A DNA stretch of 64,000 nt, taken from contig CBDBBO010000001.1 of the NCBI GenBank assembly GCA_965203135.1, positions 1,878,760 through 1,942,759 of the forward strand, given 5' to 3'. Position 1 is the stretch's first letter. Every line of letters begins with the position of its first letter. This document shows positions 1 to 11,749 of this stretch, one piece after another. The translations under genes were made by a program, and so were the position numbers. The notes beneath the pieces are model-generated. The model saw only the letters and a list, made by a program, of their open reading frames with translations, was not told where the DNA came from and searched no databases. Source of the DNA: Dehalococcoidia bacterium (lineage in GTDB: Bacteria; Chloroflexota; Dehalococcoidia; Lucifugimonadales; CATOSD01).

Positions 1-2
1 GG

Positions 3-122
3 GTCCGCCTGTACGTCGAGCGGGAGAACACTGTCGCGCAGCAGACCTACGACAGCCTGGGCATGACCCGCTCGCACTACGACATGTTCGAGATAGACTT
101 CGCGTTCCCCGCCGACCGCTGA
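3..122 (+). CDS. C-terminal fragment of an acetyltransferase-like (GNAT-type) protein; 5' end lies outside the window
   Basis: Frame 3 is open from the window edge to TGA at 120-122 (VRLYVERENTVAQQTYDSLGMTRSHYDMFEIDFAFPADR). The ending resembles GNAT C-termini, but the fragment is very short. Confidence 0.35.
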   Translation, partial: VRLYVERENTVAQQTYDSLGMTRSHYDMFEIDFAFPADR

Positions 123-136
123 GAGGAGCACCCTCG

Positions 137-553
137 ATGGATGACAGCGTAAGAGACTTCCTCACCCGCAACCACAACGCGGTCGTGACCACGTTCCGGC
201 GCCGCGGCGCCGCGCAGCTCAGCATCGTGACCGTCGGCCCCTACGCCGGCGGCGCCGCCTTCACCACCACCGAGGGCAGGGCAAAGCTGGCCAACCTGCG
301 GCGCGACCCGCGCTGCTCGATTCTAGTGTCCGCCGCCAACTGGTCGAGCTACCTCGTCCTCGAGGGCCGCGCGAACGTGCTGGCCGCCGACAACACCGAC
401 CCCGACGAGCTGCGTGACGCCCTACGGGCCGTCTACGTCGCGGCCAGCGGATCGGAGCATCCCAACTGGGACGAGTACGACCAGGCCATGCGCGACGACC
501 GACGCGCGGCCATCGTCGTCGTCCCCGACCGCGTCTACGGCGCCGCTCTGTAG
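137..553 (+). CDS. PPOX-class (pyridoxamine 5'-phosphate oxidase-like) probable F420-dependent enzyme
   Basis: 138-aa ORF. The N-terminus (FLTRNHNAVVTTFRRRGAAQLSIV) and central RDPRCSILV are typical of split-barrel PPOX/F420 family proteins. Confidence 0.7.
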   Translation: MDDSVRDFLTRNHNAVVTTFRRRGAAQLSIVTVGPYAGGAAFTTTEGRAKLANLRRDPRCSILVSAANWSSYLVLEGRANVLAADNTDPDELRDALRAVYVAASGSEHPNWDEYDQAMRDDRRAAIVVVPDRVYGAAL

Positions 554-563
554 ACACTGAACT

Positions 564-601
564 CCCTTCCCCCTCGATGGGGGAAGGTCAGGATGGGGGT
601 G
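564..601. repeat. REP-like intergenic hairpin element, copy 1 (CCCTTCCCCCTCGATGGGGGAAGG + TCAGGATGGGGGTG)
   Basis: 9-bp stem CCTTCCCCC/GGGGGAAGG. Near-identical copies occur at 37160-37197 and, in the opposite orientation, at 58872-58936. It creates spurious ORF starts at 577 and 593. Confidence 0.7.
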
Positions 602-640
602 AACACGAGCCCCTTTCCATACTCGACCAAGGAGCACATC

Positions 641-1531
641 ATGGCAGTCGTCTTCGAAAAGAGGGACCCCGCATTCGACCGCATCATCGGCGACAGCCCG
701 CGTCTCGATCATCTCGCCACCGGGTTCGGCTTCACCGAGGGCCCCGTCTGGCGCGGCGACCACCTGCTTTTCTCCGACATCCCCAACAGCCGAATCGTGC
801 GCTACGAGCTGGCCGAAGAGGGACCGCGCGTCACCACCTTCCGCTACCCCAGCGGCAACTCCAACGGCATGACCCTCGACCGCGAGCGCCGGCTGGTGAC
901 CTGCGAGCACACCCATCGTCGCGTCTCGCGCACGGGCAACGACGGCAGACTCACCGTGCTGGCCAACAGGTACGACGGGCGGCGCTTGAACAGCCCCAAC
1001 GACGTGGTGGTCAAGTCCGACGGCAGCGTCTACTTCACCGACCCGCCCTTCGGCCTCGCCGGCCAGTCCCAGGGCAAGGAGCAGGAGGTCAACGGCGTCT
1101 ACCGCGTATCCCCGGACGGCTCCGAGGTGTCGCTCGTCACTGCGCAGATGGAGCGCCCCAACGGCCTCGCCTTCTCCCCCGACGAGAGCATCCTGTACGT
1201 GGACGACTCCGCGCTCGGCCACATCCTGGCGTTCGACGTGCAGAGCGACGGCCCGCTGGCCAATAGCCGCGTATTCGCCGAACTGAAGGGGGATGAGCAG
1301 GGCGTGCCGGACGGCATGAAGATCGACGTGGAGGGCAACGTCTACTGCACCGGCCCCGGCGGCGTGTGGGTGCTCGACTCGTCGGCGCGCCTGCTGGGCC
1401 GAATCATGCCGCCCGAGGTACCCGCCAACTGCGCCTGGGGCGACTCTGACCTGCGCGGCCTCTACCTCACCGCCCGCACCGGCCTCTACCGCGTCCGACT
1501 CGCCATCCCCGGCATCCCCGCCAGCGGCTAG
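641..1531 (+). CDS. SMP-30/gluconolactonase/LRE family protein
   Basis: ORF 593..1531. The preferred start is ATG 641, preceded by AAGGAG at 629-634. Motifs GFTEGPVW, SNGMTLD, NSPNDVVV, YFTDPPFG and PNGLAFSPDE are typical of the six-bladed propeller lactonases. Confidence 0.8.
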   Translation: MAVVFEKRDPAFDRIIGDSPRLDHLATGFGFTEGPVWRGDHLLFSDIPNSRIVRYELAEEGPRVTTFRYPSGNSNGMTLDRERRLVTCEHTHRRVSRTGNDGRLTVLANRYDGRRLNSPNDVVVKSDGSVYFTDPPFGLAGQSQGKEQEVNGVYRVSPDGSEVSLVTAQMERPNGLAFSPDESILYVDDSALGHILAFDVQSDGPLANSRVFAELKGDEQGVPDGMKIDVEGNVYCTGPGGVWVLDSSARLLGRIMPPEVPANCAWGDSDLRGLYLTARTGLYRVRLAIPGIPASG

Positions 1532-1542
1532 AGAGGCGCCCC

Positions 1543-1725
1543 CTACGGCGACGCCCTGAACACGTGCGACACCCGGCTCGACGACAGGTCCGTCTCAGCG
1601 AGCTTCTGCCCGCTCTCTACGGTGCTTTGCACCTGGGGCAGGATGATGTCCAGCTCCTCGTCCGACAGCGGAATCAGACCCATCTCGTCGATCATCCGCT
1701 TTAGCGTTTCCTTGGTTACCGCCAT
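1543..1725 (-). CDS. Small GatC/AtzG-like putative partner subunit of the adjacent amidase
   Basis: 60-aa ORF lying 33 nt downstream of the amidase on the same strand. It is helical and acidic and ends in ...VFRASP, as GatC-type peptides do. The assignment rests on context and weak resemblance only. Confidence 0.4.
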   Translation of the reverse strand: MAVTKETLKRMIDEMGLIPLSDEELDIILPQVQSTVESGQKLAETDLSSSRVSHVFRASP

Positions 1726-1758
1726 GATGCTCCTCCGTGGCCCGCTGGCTTCACCGGC

Positions 1759-3207
1759 CTACGCAAGCGCCGCCTCCACTGCCGGCGGCACCGACCGCCC
1801 CTGGCCCGCGCTCCGCTCGTAGCGTTGTGCCACCCTGTACAGTAGACTCTCCTCCCACGGCCGCCCGTACAGCTGCAGCCCGATGGGCATCCCCGCGCTG
1901 GAGAAGCCGCACGGCACCGACAGCCCGGGCACGCCCACCAGATTGCCGGGGCTCGTGTTGTGTCCCATCACCGCGGACGAGCCTTCCAGCGAGTCCACGT
2001 CGACCTGAGAATCGCCCAGCGCGATTGACGTATCGTCGAAGCGCCACGCCGGCGCCGGCGTCGTGGGCGTCACCAGGAAGTCCACCTCGTTCATCACCTT
2101 CAGCCACTCCCTCTGGATCAGCCGACGCGCCTGCTGCGCCCTCACGTGGTCCTTGGCGAGCACAAACTGGCCGCTCAGCATCCTGTGGCGTTCCTCCGGG
2201 CTGAAGTTCTCCCGCGCTTCTCTGAGCTGGTCCTCGTACGCCACGATCGAGTTGGCCCTCGAGGCCGCCTGCACCAGCGGCAGCAGCTCCAGGCGCTTCA
2301 TTTCAACCGGCCTCGCCTCCACGCCGAACTCCTCCAGCACCGCGATGGCGCGAGACACCGCCTCCGCGACCTCGGTGTCCAGCGGGTCGTAGAAGTGATT
2401 CTCCGGTATGCCCATCACCAGGCCCCGGATATCCCTGTCGAGCGCGCCCTCGTAGTCGTCGACAGGCACCGGCACGGTCGAGGGGTCGAGTGGCTCGTCG
2501 CCCGCGATTGCGCCCAGCACGATGGCGTTGTCACGCACGCACCGCGTGTGCGGGCCGACGTGGAAGTTCGCCGGATCGACTCCCTCCAGGCAGCCCAGAT
2601 TGCTCACGCGCCCATAGGTCGCTTTCATTCCCACGATGCCGCACACCGCCGAGGGCTGTCGAACCGACCCGCCCCCGTCCGTACCCAGCGACGCGAACGT
2701 CACGTAGGCCGCTACGTTCGCAGCCGAGCCGCCGCTGGAACCGCCCGCGTACCGCTCCGTGTCCCACGGATTGCGCACCCTGCCGAACCACGCGTTGTCG
2801 CTCAGAAAGCCCGCGCCGATCTCGTGCATGTTCTCCTTGCCGAGTATCACCGCGCCTGCCGCCCTGATCCGGCTCACCACCGGCGCGTCCTCGTCCGGCA
2901 CGTAGTCCTCCAGCGCCTTGCTGCCGTCGGTAGTCAGCACACCCTTAGTCTCCAGCATGTCCTTGAGGCCCACGGGGACGCCGTGCAACGGCCCCAGCCA
3001 CTCGCCCCGCATGAGCATGCTTTCCAGCTTCTGCGCCTGCTTGAGCGCCAGTTCGGGCGTGAGCGTGATGAACGACTTCAAGACAGGCTGCATACGCTCC
3101 GCGTGGTCTATGGCCGCCCGCGTAAGCTCGACGGGCGACAGCTTGCGGGACTTGACCAGGGGGGCTATCTCGTGGATGTGGTTGGACAGTGGGCCTAGTT
3201 CACTCAT
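1759..3207 (-). CDS. Amidase-signature family amidase
   Basis: GGSSGGSAA signature within YAGGSSGGSAANVAAY. Start ATG at 3207 (MSELGPL) has an AGGAAAG-like RBS; the longer ORF start at 3255 lacks one. Confidence 0.9.
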   Translation of the reverse strand: MSELGPLSNHIHEIAPLVKSRKLSPVELTRAAIDHAERMQPVLKSFITLTPELALKQAQKLESMLMRGEWLGPLHGVPVGLKDMLETKGVLTTDGSKALEDYVPDEDAPVVSRIRAAGAVILGKENMHEIGAGFLSDNAWFGRVRNPWDTERYAGGSSGGSAANVAAYVTFASLGTDGGGSVRQPSAVCGIVGMKATYGRVSNLGCLEGVDPANFHVGPHTRCVRDNAIVLGAIAGDEPLDPSTVPVPVDDYEGALDRDIRGLVMGIPENHFYDPLDTEVAEAVSRAIAVLEEFGVEARPVEMKRLELLPLVQAASRANSIVAYEDQLREARENFSPEERHRMLSGQFVLAKDHVRAQQARRLIQREWLKVMNEVDFLVTPTTPAPAWRFDDTSIALGDSQVDVDSLEGSSAVMGHNTSPGNLVGVPGLSVPCGFSSAGMPIGLQLYGRPWEESLLYRVAQRYERSAGQGRSVPPAVEAALA

Positions 3208-3400
3208 GGAGCTTTCCTTTCGTCCGCATCCGCGCCAATGGCTGGAAGTTAGCACTGGCCGCGTAGCGTGTCAAACGCCCGTAAACCCCGGAATGGCGCC
3301 GCGAACGCCCGCTGGCGGGTTCCGGTAGAACGATTCGGTGGTAGAATGTTCTGGCGGGCCGCCGCAGATGCGGCGCCGCGCAAGCCGGAGGCCACCCACG

Positions 3401-6301
<2,901 letters not shown>

Positions 6302-6404
6302 GCGTGCGCAAGTACGATTCCGGGTATTCCGCCCAACATCAACCCAGAAGGACTACAATTGACGTCGTAACTGCGTAAAGGACGAATCTCCCCGGAGCAA
6401 CGCT

Positions 6405-6749
6405 ATGATTGAAGAAGACGCAATCGAAGCAACGAACGAGGTCAAGAAATTGCTCCGCGATCTGCTGACGGAGAGATTCAAGGGCGAGCTGGAATTCGGC
6501 CCCATCGTTGTATTGCCGCGTTATGACCACGAAGGTGATCCGTACCTTCACTCGTACATCGTATTCGAAGGGGACCAGAGTAAACTGGACTCGCTCTGGC
6601 GGATCGGGTTGTCCAGTCGTATTTGGCCGCGCGCCGAGGAGCTAGGATACACGGCAATTCCAATACAGTCGTTCGTCTCAAGGTCAGAGTGGCCTGCTAT
6701 GAAGAGATGGCTGCTGCGCCATCCAAACGACTTTGCCAGGTATGTGTAG
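6405..6749 (+). CDS. Hypothetical 114-aa protein, upstream partner of HEPN-like protein A
   Basis: ORF in an AT-richer islet with no recognisable catalytic motif. It has the same length and relative position as ORF 9541..9885. Confidence 0.4.
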   Translation: MIEEDAIEATNEVKKLLRDLLTERFKGELEFGPIVVLPRYDHEGDPYLHSYIVFEGDQSKLDSLWRIGLSSRIWPRAEELGYTAIPIQSFVSRSEWPAMKRWLLRHPNDFARYV

Positions 6750-6832
6750 CCATTCTCCCTCCCTTGATTTCTTCGCAAGCGGAATTGATTGCTTGCGGCT
6801 GTCCATCATGATCACTCAGGTGCGGTACCGGC

Positions 6833-7327
6833 TTGAACCCTGATCACCTTCTCGCGATTGCCGAAGGCCTCGCTGGCGGTAGAGTCGGATCCCGGCGAGG
6901 GAGGCCGCGACAGGCCGAACTGCGAAGAGCCGTGAGTACTGCCTACTACGCCCTGTTTCATGCACTGGCAGGCGATTGTGCCGACCTGCTTGTCGGTTCC
7001 AGATCATCAACCCAGACAACAGAGGCATGGCGGCAGGCATATCGAGCCTTGGATCACGGGCAGGTCAGGAAGCAATGCACACAGCGGCGTCCCAAGCGTG
7101 TTCTGAGTCGGTTTCCTCAGCAGATTCGGTATTTTGCGGACCAATTCGTCATGATACAAGGGCTGCGCCACCTGGCCGATTACGATCCGTTCCATCGTTT
7201 TTCGAGGCCGGAGGTTTCACTTCTCGTTGAGGACGCAAGGACAGCCATAGCACAGTTGCAACAGGCTTCCCGCTTGGACCGCCGCGCATTCGCCGTTTTC
7301 GTCCTGTTCGACCTGAGAGGGGACTAG
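6833..7327 (+). CDS. HEPN-like (UPF0332/COG1895-like) protein A
   Basis: TTG start. Motifs RRAVSTAYYALFHALAG and IQGLRHLADYDP mirror RTAVNRLYYGLHHEACC and IRRMRNASDYTL in ORF 9110..9544. Confidence 0.45.
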   Translation: MNPDHLLAIAEGLAGGRVGSRRGRPRQAELRRAVSTAYYALFHALAGDCADLLVGSRSSTQTTEAWRQAYRALDHGQVRKQCTQRRPKRVLSRFPQQIRYFADQFVMIQGLRHLADYDPFHRFSRPEVSLLVEDARTAIAQLQQASRLDRRAFAVFVLFDLRGD

Positions 7328-7350
7328 AGCCCGGACTCGGGTTTGTTCGG

Positions 7351-8145
7351 CTAACCCGCAGCCGCCAGCCGCCGCTTCGCCTCCTGCCACAGCCCCTCCT
7401 TGTCGTCCAGCGGCAGTTCCTCGAACGACATCCCGCGCTCGCGGCACATCCCCTCCATAAGCGCGAACCGCCGATAGAAGCGCGCGTTCGCCTTCCGCAG
7501 CGCCTCCTCGGCATCCAGGTCCATCCAGCGCGCCGCGTTGACCGCCGCGAACAGCACGTCGCCGAACTCCGCCTCGCGCTCTGCGGCGCTTTCGCTCTCC
7601 GCCAGTTCGCCCACCTCCTCCGCCAGCTTGTCCAGCACGCCGGACACGTCCTCCCAGTCGAACCCGGCGTGCGCCGCGCGCTGCTGGATCGCCTGCGCCT
7701 GGGCCAGCGCGGGCATGCTCTTCGGCACACCGTCCAGAATCGACTCACCCGCCTGGCGCCGCTCGCTGCGCTTGATCGCCTGCCAGTTGGCCATCACCGC
7801 GTCCGCGTCGCCCGCGTCTGCGTCCCCGAACACGTGAGGGTGACGCCTGCGCAGCTTGTCGATGAGCCCACCGAACACGTCCTCCGGCGTGAACTCTTCC
7901 CGCTCACGCCCTATTTCCAGTTGGAACAGCACGTGAAGCACCACGTCGCCCAGCTCCTCCACCACGCCGGCTACGTCGCCACTATCGATGGCTTCGACCA
8001 GCTCGTAGCACTCCTCCAGTAACTGCGCTTTGAGGTCGTCGCGTGTCTGCTGCCTGTCCCACGGACAGCCGTCGGGGCCGCGTAGACGTCGCAGGATCGC
8101 CGACGCGCCGTCGAAGTCGTGAATGTAGTCGTCTGTGCCGCTCAT
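7351..8145 (-). CDS. mazG: Nucleoside triphosphate pyrophosphohydrolase MazG
   Basis: Tandem MazG domains (LLEECYELVEAI, EELGDVVLHV, second EEVGELAE, EFGDVLFAAVN). Start ATG 8145 has a GGAGG RBS. Confidence 0.9.
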   Translation of the reverse strand: MSGTDDYIHDFDGASAILRRLRGPDGCPWDRQQTRDDLKAQLLEECYELVEAIDSGDVAGVVEELGDVVLHVLFQLEIGREREEFTPEDVFGGLIDKLRRRHPHVFGDADAGDADAVMANWQAIKRSERRQAGESILDGVPKSMPALAQAQAIQQRAAHAGFDWEDVSGVLDKLAEEVGELAESESAAEREAEFGDVLFAAVNAARWMDLDAEEALRKANARFYRRFALMEGMCRERGMSFEELPLDDKEGLWQEAKRRLAAAG

Positions 8146-8261
8146 ATGCTCCTCCGGGCCATCCTCGCAAGACGCCGCCATGCCGTCTTCCGGCTGACCG
8201 GCTCCGCGTAGATGCTACCACAGCGCACGAAGCGGAACGGTGGAGTGAGCCGCGTTGCTGA

Positions 8262-9053
8262 GTGGCGCGGCCCCTAAAGGTGCTATCATTGCCGGACACC
8301 GTCCAGGGGGCACACGACATACAGACTTCAGGAAGAATACGCGCGACGGCATGGCTGAAGACGCTGGCGACTGTGCTATTCATCGCCGCGGTGCCGCTCT
8401 TTCTCATCGCCGGCAGCGTGCGCTTGGTCATCAACGTTCCCGCGTTGTACAGCTACGGCTTCGACAGGTACGACATTGCCGCTTACACTGGCATCGAGCG
8501 CGAGGACCTTCTCGACGTAGCCGCGCGCATCCGGACCTACTTCAACGACGACTCCGAATTCCTGATAGTGCCCACAACCGTGCGCGGCGTGCAGGTGCCC
8601 AGCCTGTACAACGAGCGCGAGATACTGCACATGTGGGACGTGAAGGGCCTGGTGCGCGGCGTCTACTGGGTGCACGAGGCGACGGGACTGTACCTGCTGG
8701 CGTTCGCCGCCTTCGGGTTCGCGCTGTACCGTCGGCCGTTCCTCGCGCGCCTGGCGTGTTACGCGGGCTACGGCGGCGGCCTGACGCTGGGAATCGTGCT
8801 GCTGGCCGGAGTCGGGTCGCTGGTGGGATTCGACAGGCTCTTCCTCGCCTTCCACCTCATCAGCTTCGCCAACGACCTCTGGCAGCTAGACCCGAGCCGC
8901 GACTACCTCTTGGCCATGTTCCCCGAGGCCTTCTTCTTCGACGCCACCATGCTCATTGCCATAGCCACATCCGTGCAGGGAGCGTTGCTGGTGGCCATCG
9001 CGGTGGCGTTGCCTCGCACGCCGTGGCTGCGGCCGGAAGGCGATTCAGCATAG
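8262..9053 (+). CDS. TIGR01906/DUF1461-type integral membrane protein (Lit-like)
   Basis: Multi-TM protein with the characteristic LYNEREILHMWDVKGLV motif and the expected N-terminal TM-plus-loop layout. Confidence 0.65.
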   Translation: MARPLKVLSLPDTVQGAHDIQTSGRIRATAWLKTLATVLFIAAVPLFLIAGSVRLVINVPALYSYGFDRYDIAAYTGIEREDLLDVAARIRTYFNDDSEFLIVPTTVRGVQVPSLYNEREILHMWDVKGLVRGVYWVHEATGLYLLAFAAFGFALYRRPFLARLACYAGYGGGLTLGIVLLAGVGSLVGFDRLFLAFHLISFANDLWQLDPSRDYLLAMFPEAFFFDATMLIAIATSVQGALLVAIAVALPRTPWLRPEGDSA

Positions 9054-9109
9054 GATGACGATTAGCAGGCAGAGGCTAACCGGGCGGGCTGACAACTAGT
9101 ACATGAAGC

Positions 9110-9544
9110 TTAAGCCCACACCGTAGGGCAATCACAGCCGTCCGGCGCCTCCCCTGGCGAAAAGTCCTCCAGCGCGCCAAGGAGGTCGTCTGCCACGATC
9201 AGAGCGAATCCCATTAACTCCGCCGACTCGAGGGTTCGTTGGCCAAGCCGAATCGAATTCCCCAGGGTGTAGTCAGAAGCGTTACGCATCCGCCTGATGT
9301 TGTCTAGCCTTCGCGCTATGTACTTTTCTAAGCGCCCTGCTTTAGCTCGGTAACGTTGAGCGAGTGCCGAATGCCTCCCATTACGCGGCAGCGGGCGGTC
9401 GTTCGGATACTCTCTGAAGTAGCGGCAGCAGGCTTCGTGATGCAGGCCGTAGTAGAGCCGGTTGACTGCGGTACGATGCTCTACCTCTGTGCTGGCGGAA
9501 TCTGCTAGTTGCAGTCCAAACCGGTAAAAGGCGAGCGGCCTCAT
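9110..9544 (-). CDS. HEPN-like (UPF0332/COG1895-like) protein B
   Basis: Carries the AVNRLYYGLHHEA and MRNASDY motifs. Its start overlaps the stop of the upstream 114-aa ORF by 4 nt (ATGA). Confidence 0.45.
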   Translation of the reverse strand: MRPLAFYRFGLQLADSASTEVEHRTAVNRLYYGLHHEACCRYFREYPNDRPLPRNGRHSALAQRYRAKAGRLEKYIARRLDNIRRMRNASDYTLGNSIRLGQRTLESAELMGFALIVADDLLGALEDFSPGEAPDGCDCPTVWA

Positions 9545-9885
9545 ATCCTTAGAGGAAAGATCATGTAGTTGATCATCCTCGAGGAGTCCGCTCTTTCTGC
9601 ATCGGTCCAGGAAGCCTCCAATGCAATCTCCGCCTCAACCATCGCCTTCCCTACTCGCGACCATTCATACCGGTCAATGTCCGCGACAAACGTGAGGTCT
9701 AGTGTCGGAGGTGCAGGTTCCCAGTGGCTATCATCGACGTCGACAGTGGCCGACTCGAGCGCAGGCCCGAGTTCCCTACATCCAATCTCGTACAGCTCTT
9801 CAAGTACGTGCTTCCTGAAGGGCGTGAGTAGTTCCATCGCCTCGGGTGTGATTTGAAGCTGAACTGTCTTGTCTTTGGCCGTCAT
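9541..9885 (-). CDS. Hypothetical 114-aa protein, upstream partner of HEPN-like protein B
   Basis: AT-richer ORF translationally coupled to 9110..9544. No recognisable domain. Confidence 0.4.
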   Translation of the reverse strand: MTAKDKTVQLQITPEAMELLTPFRKHVLEELYEIGCRELGPALESATVDVDDSHWEPAPPTLDLTFVADIDRYEWSRVGKAMVEAEIALEASWTDAERADSSRMINYMIFPLRI

Positions 9886-9969
9886 CGTGAACTGCCTCGA
9901 ACACTGGGAGATTTCTAGCCCATCTAGTTTCTTGCACGCCGCCTCAAAGTGTCAAGCCGGCGGGGCCGT

Positions 9970-9998
9970 TTGATTGGGCTGTTGGCCCCGTCTATAAT
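9970..9998 (+). promoter_or_regulatory. Sigma-70-like promoter TTGATT-N17-TATAAT upstream of the ComB-like gene
   Basis: TTGATT at 9970-9975, 17-nt spacer, TATAAT at 9993-9998, about 64 nt upstream of ATG 10062. Confidence 0.45.
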
Positions 9999-10061
9999 CC
10001 CCTGTGGCGGACAGCGAAGGTTTGGCAACCGCCGCAATTCGAACGAAACGGACGGACAAGC

Positions 10062-10754
10062 ATGGAAATCAGGATGGGCAGCCTCCTCAGGGACGCGCGA
10101 GAGGCCCGCGGGACAGTTATCATCATTGACGTGTTCAGGGCCTTCACCACCGCGGCGGTGGCGTTCTCTCGCGGCGCCTCCAGGATCGTGCTCGTCGCCG
10201 AAGTGGACGAGGCCCTCGCCCTCCGCGACAAGGGCGTGGGCGAAATCTGCATGGGCGAAGTCGACGGCAAGCGACCGCCCGGCTTCGACTACGGCAACTC
10301 GCCCCACGAGCTATCCGGCGCCGACGTGCGCGGCAAGACGCTCATCCAGTCCACCCGCGCCGGCACCGTCGGCGTGAGTGCCGCCGCCAACGCCGATGTC
10401 ATCTACGGCGGTTCGCTGGTGCTCGCTAAAGCTACCATCGCGGCCATCCGCCGCGACGCCCCCGAGCTCGTCACCATCGTCGCCATGGGCGCGGAAGGCC
10501 GTGAGCGGACCGACGAGGACGAGCAGTGCGCCCTCTACCTGCGCAATCTGTTCCTGGGACGCACATCCGACCACGACGCGGTGCGCAGCCTGGTGCTGGC
10601 CGGCCAGGAGGCTCAGAAGTACGGCGACCCACAGCGCCCCCACTTCGCTGCCGAGGACCGCGACATGGCCCTGCGCATAGACTCGGTGCCGTTCGCCATC
10701 AAGGTCACGCGCGAGGACGGCCTGCTCGTCGCCAGAAAGCACCCGGTCGACTAG
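10062..10754 (+). CDS. 2-phosphosulfolactate phosphatase (ComB) family protein
   Basis: VIIIDVFRAFTTAAVA, GFDYGNSP and STRAGT motifs are typical of the ComB family. Confidence 0.75.
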   Translation: MEIRMGSLLRDAREARGTVIIIDVFRAFTTAAVAFSRGASRIVLVAEVDEALALRDKGVGEICMGEVDGKRPPGFDYGNSPHELSGADVRGKTLIQSTRAGTVGVSAAANADVIYGGSLVLAKATIAAIRRDAPELVTIVAMGAEGRERTDEDEQCALYLRNLFLGRTSDHDAVRSLVLAGQEAQKYGDPQRPHFAAEDRDMALRIDSVPFAIKVTREDGLLVARKHPVD

Positions 10755-10815
10755 GAGCGAACTACGCGCCGTCGCCAGCGTCGCCGAGAACACTAACCGA
10801 AAGAGGAAGAATCGC

Positions 10816-11748
10816 TTGAAATACAGAAGACTTGGAAACTCCGGACTCAAGGTATCTGAGATAGGAATTGGCGCCAACAACTTCGGGCGCCGACTGGACG
10901 CGGAAGCCACGGCGGCGGTCATCGACCGCGCGCTGGATGTGGGCATCAACCTCATCGACACCGCCAACACCTACGGCGGAGGCAGACGCTCCGAGGAGTA
11001 CATTGGCCGGGCGCTGAAGGGCAAGCGCAAAGACGCCCTCATCGCCACCAAGGCCGCCATGAGGATGGGCGACGGTCCCAACGACAGCGGCGCCTCGCGC
11101 CTCCACCTCACGTCTGAGCTTGAAATCAGCCTGCGCACCCTGGACACCGACTACGTGGACCTCTACCAGGTCCACTTCCCCGACGACGACACTCCGATAG
11201 AGGAGACGATGCGCGCTCTCGACGACATGGTCAGCCAGGGCAAGGTCCGCTACATCGGCTGCTCCAACTTCACGGCCTGGCAGGTCTGCGAGGCCATCTG
11301 GACCTCCAGAACCTACGGCCTCGCGCCCTTCGTCAGCGTGCAGCCTCCCTATAGCATGATGCGACGCGCCATCGAGGCGGAGCTGGTGCCGTTCTGCAGG
11401 GAGTACGACATCGGCATTCTGCCCTTCTACCCTCTCGCCAATGGCTTCCTCACCGGCAAGTACAGGCGCGGCCAGGGCGCTCCAGAGGGCACGCGCCTGG
11501 CCGAGGACGACAGGGGCATGTTCACCGACAAGAACTTCGACCTGCTGGAGAGCCTGGAGACGTTCGCCTCCGAGAGGGGCCACACCGTGCTGGAGTTGGC
11601 TTTCGCCTGGCTGCTCGCCAATCCCAACGTCAGTTCCGTAATCGCGGGCGCGACTCGAATAGAGCAGGTGGAAAGCAATGCCGACGCCGCGAACTGGGAG
11701 TTGACGCCGGAGGAGAAGACCGAAGTCGACGCGCTGCTGGACGCTTAG
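10816..11748 (+). CDS. Aldo/keto reductase
   Basis: MKYRRLGNSGLKVSEIGIGANNFG, IDTANTYGGG, YVDLYQVH and RYIGCSNF motifs. Confidence 0.9.
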   Translation: MKYRRLGNSGLKVSEIGIGANNFGRRLDAEATAAVIDRALDVGINLIDTANTYGGGRRSEEYIGRALKGKRKDALIATKAAMRMGDGPNDSGASRLHLTSELEISLRTLDTDYVDLYQVHFPDDDTPIEETMRALDDMVSQGKVRYIGCSNFTAWQVCEAIWTSRTYGLAPFVSVQPPYSMMRRAIEAELVPFCREYDIGILPFYPLANGFLTGKYRRGQGAPEGTRLAEDDRGMFTDKNFDLLESLETFASERGHTVLELAFAWLLANPNVSSVIAGATRIEQVESNADAANWELTPEEKTEVDALLDA

Positions 11749-11749
11749 C

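Noticed and set aside
593-640. Longer N-terminal extensions offered by the ORF track, for example 593 for the lactonase, 3338 for uvrA, 3255 for the amidase, 20578 for the Moco subunit, 23331 for the lipoprotein, 17761 for the MoaD-like gene, 62120 for the esterase and 57845 for the LLM gene.
   Set aside because: In each case an internal ATG with a good Shine-Dalgarno sequence matches the expected family N-terminus. The extension is low-complexity, overlaps a repeat element or overlaps the neighbouring gene.
3320-3355. Possible SOS (LexA) box upstream of uvrA (TAGAACGATTCGGTGGTAGAATGTTCT).
   Set aside because: No GAAC-N4-GTTC or other palindromic LexA-type site fits. The sequence is better read as a TAGAAT -10 element with an imperfect direct repeat.
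6774-6797. Hairpin CGCAAGC-N10-GCTTGCG between the two genes of HEPN-like module A, as a terminator.
   Set aside because: There is no U-tract on either strand. It may be regulatory, but evidence is insufficient to call a feature. It does weaken the case that module A is a single operon.
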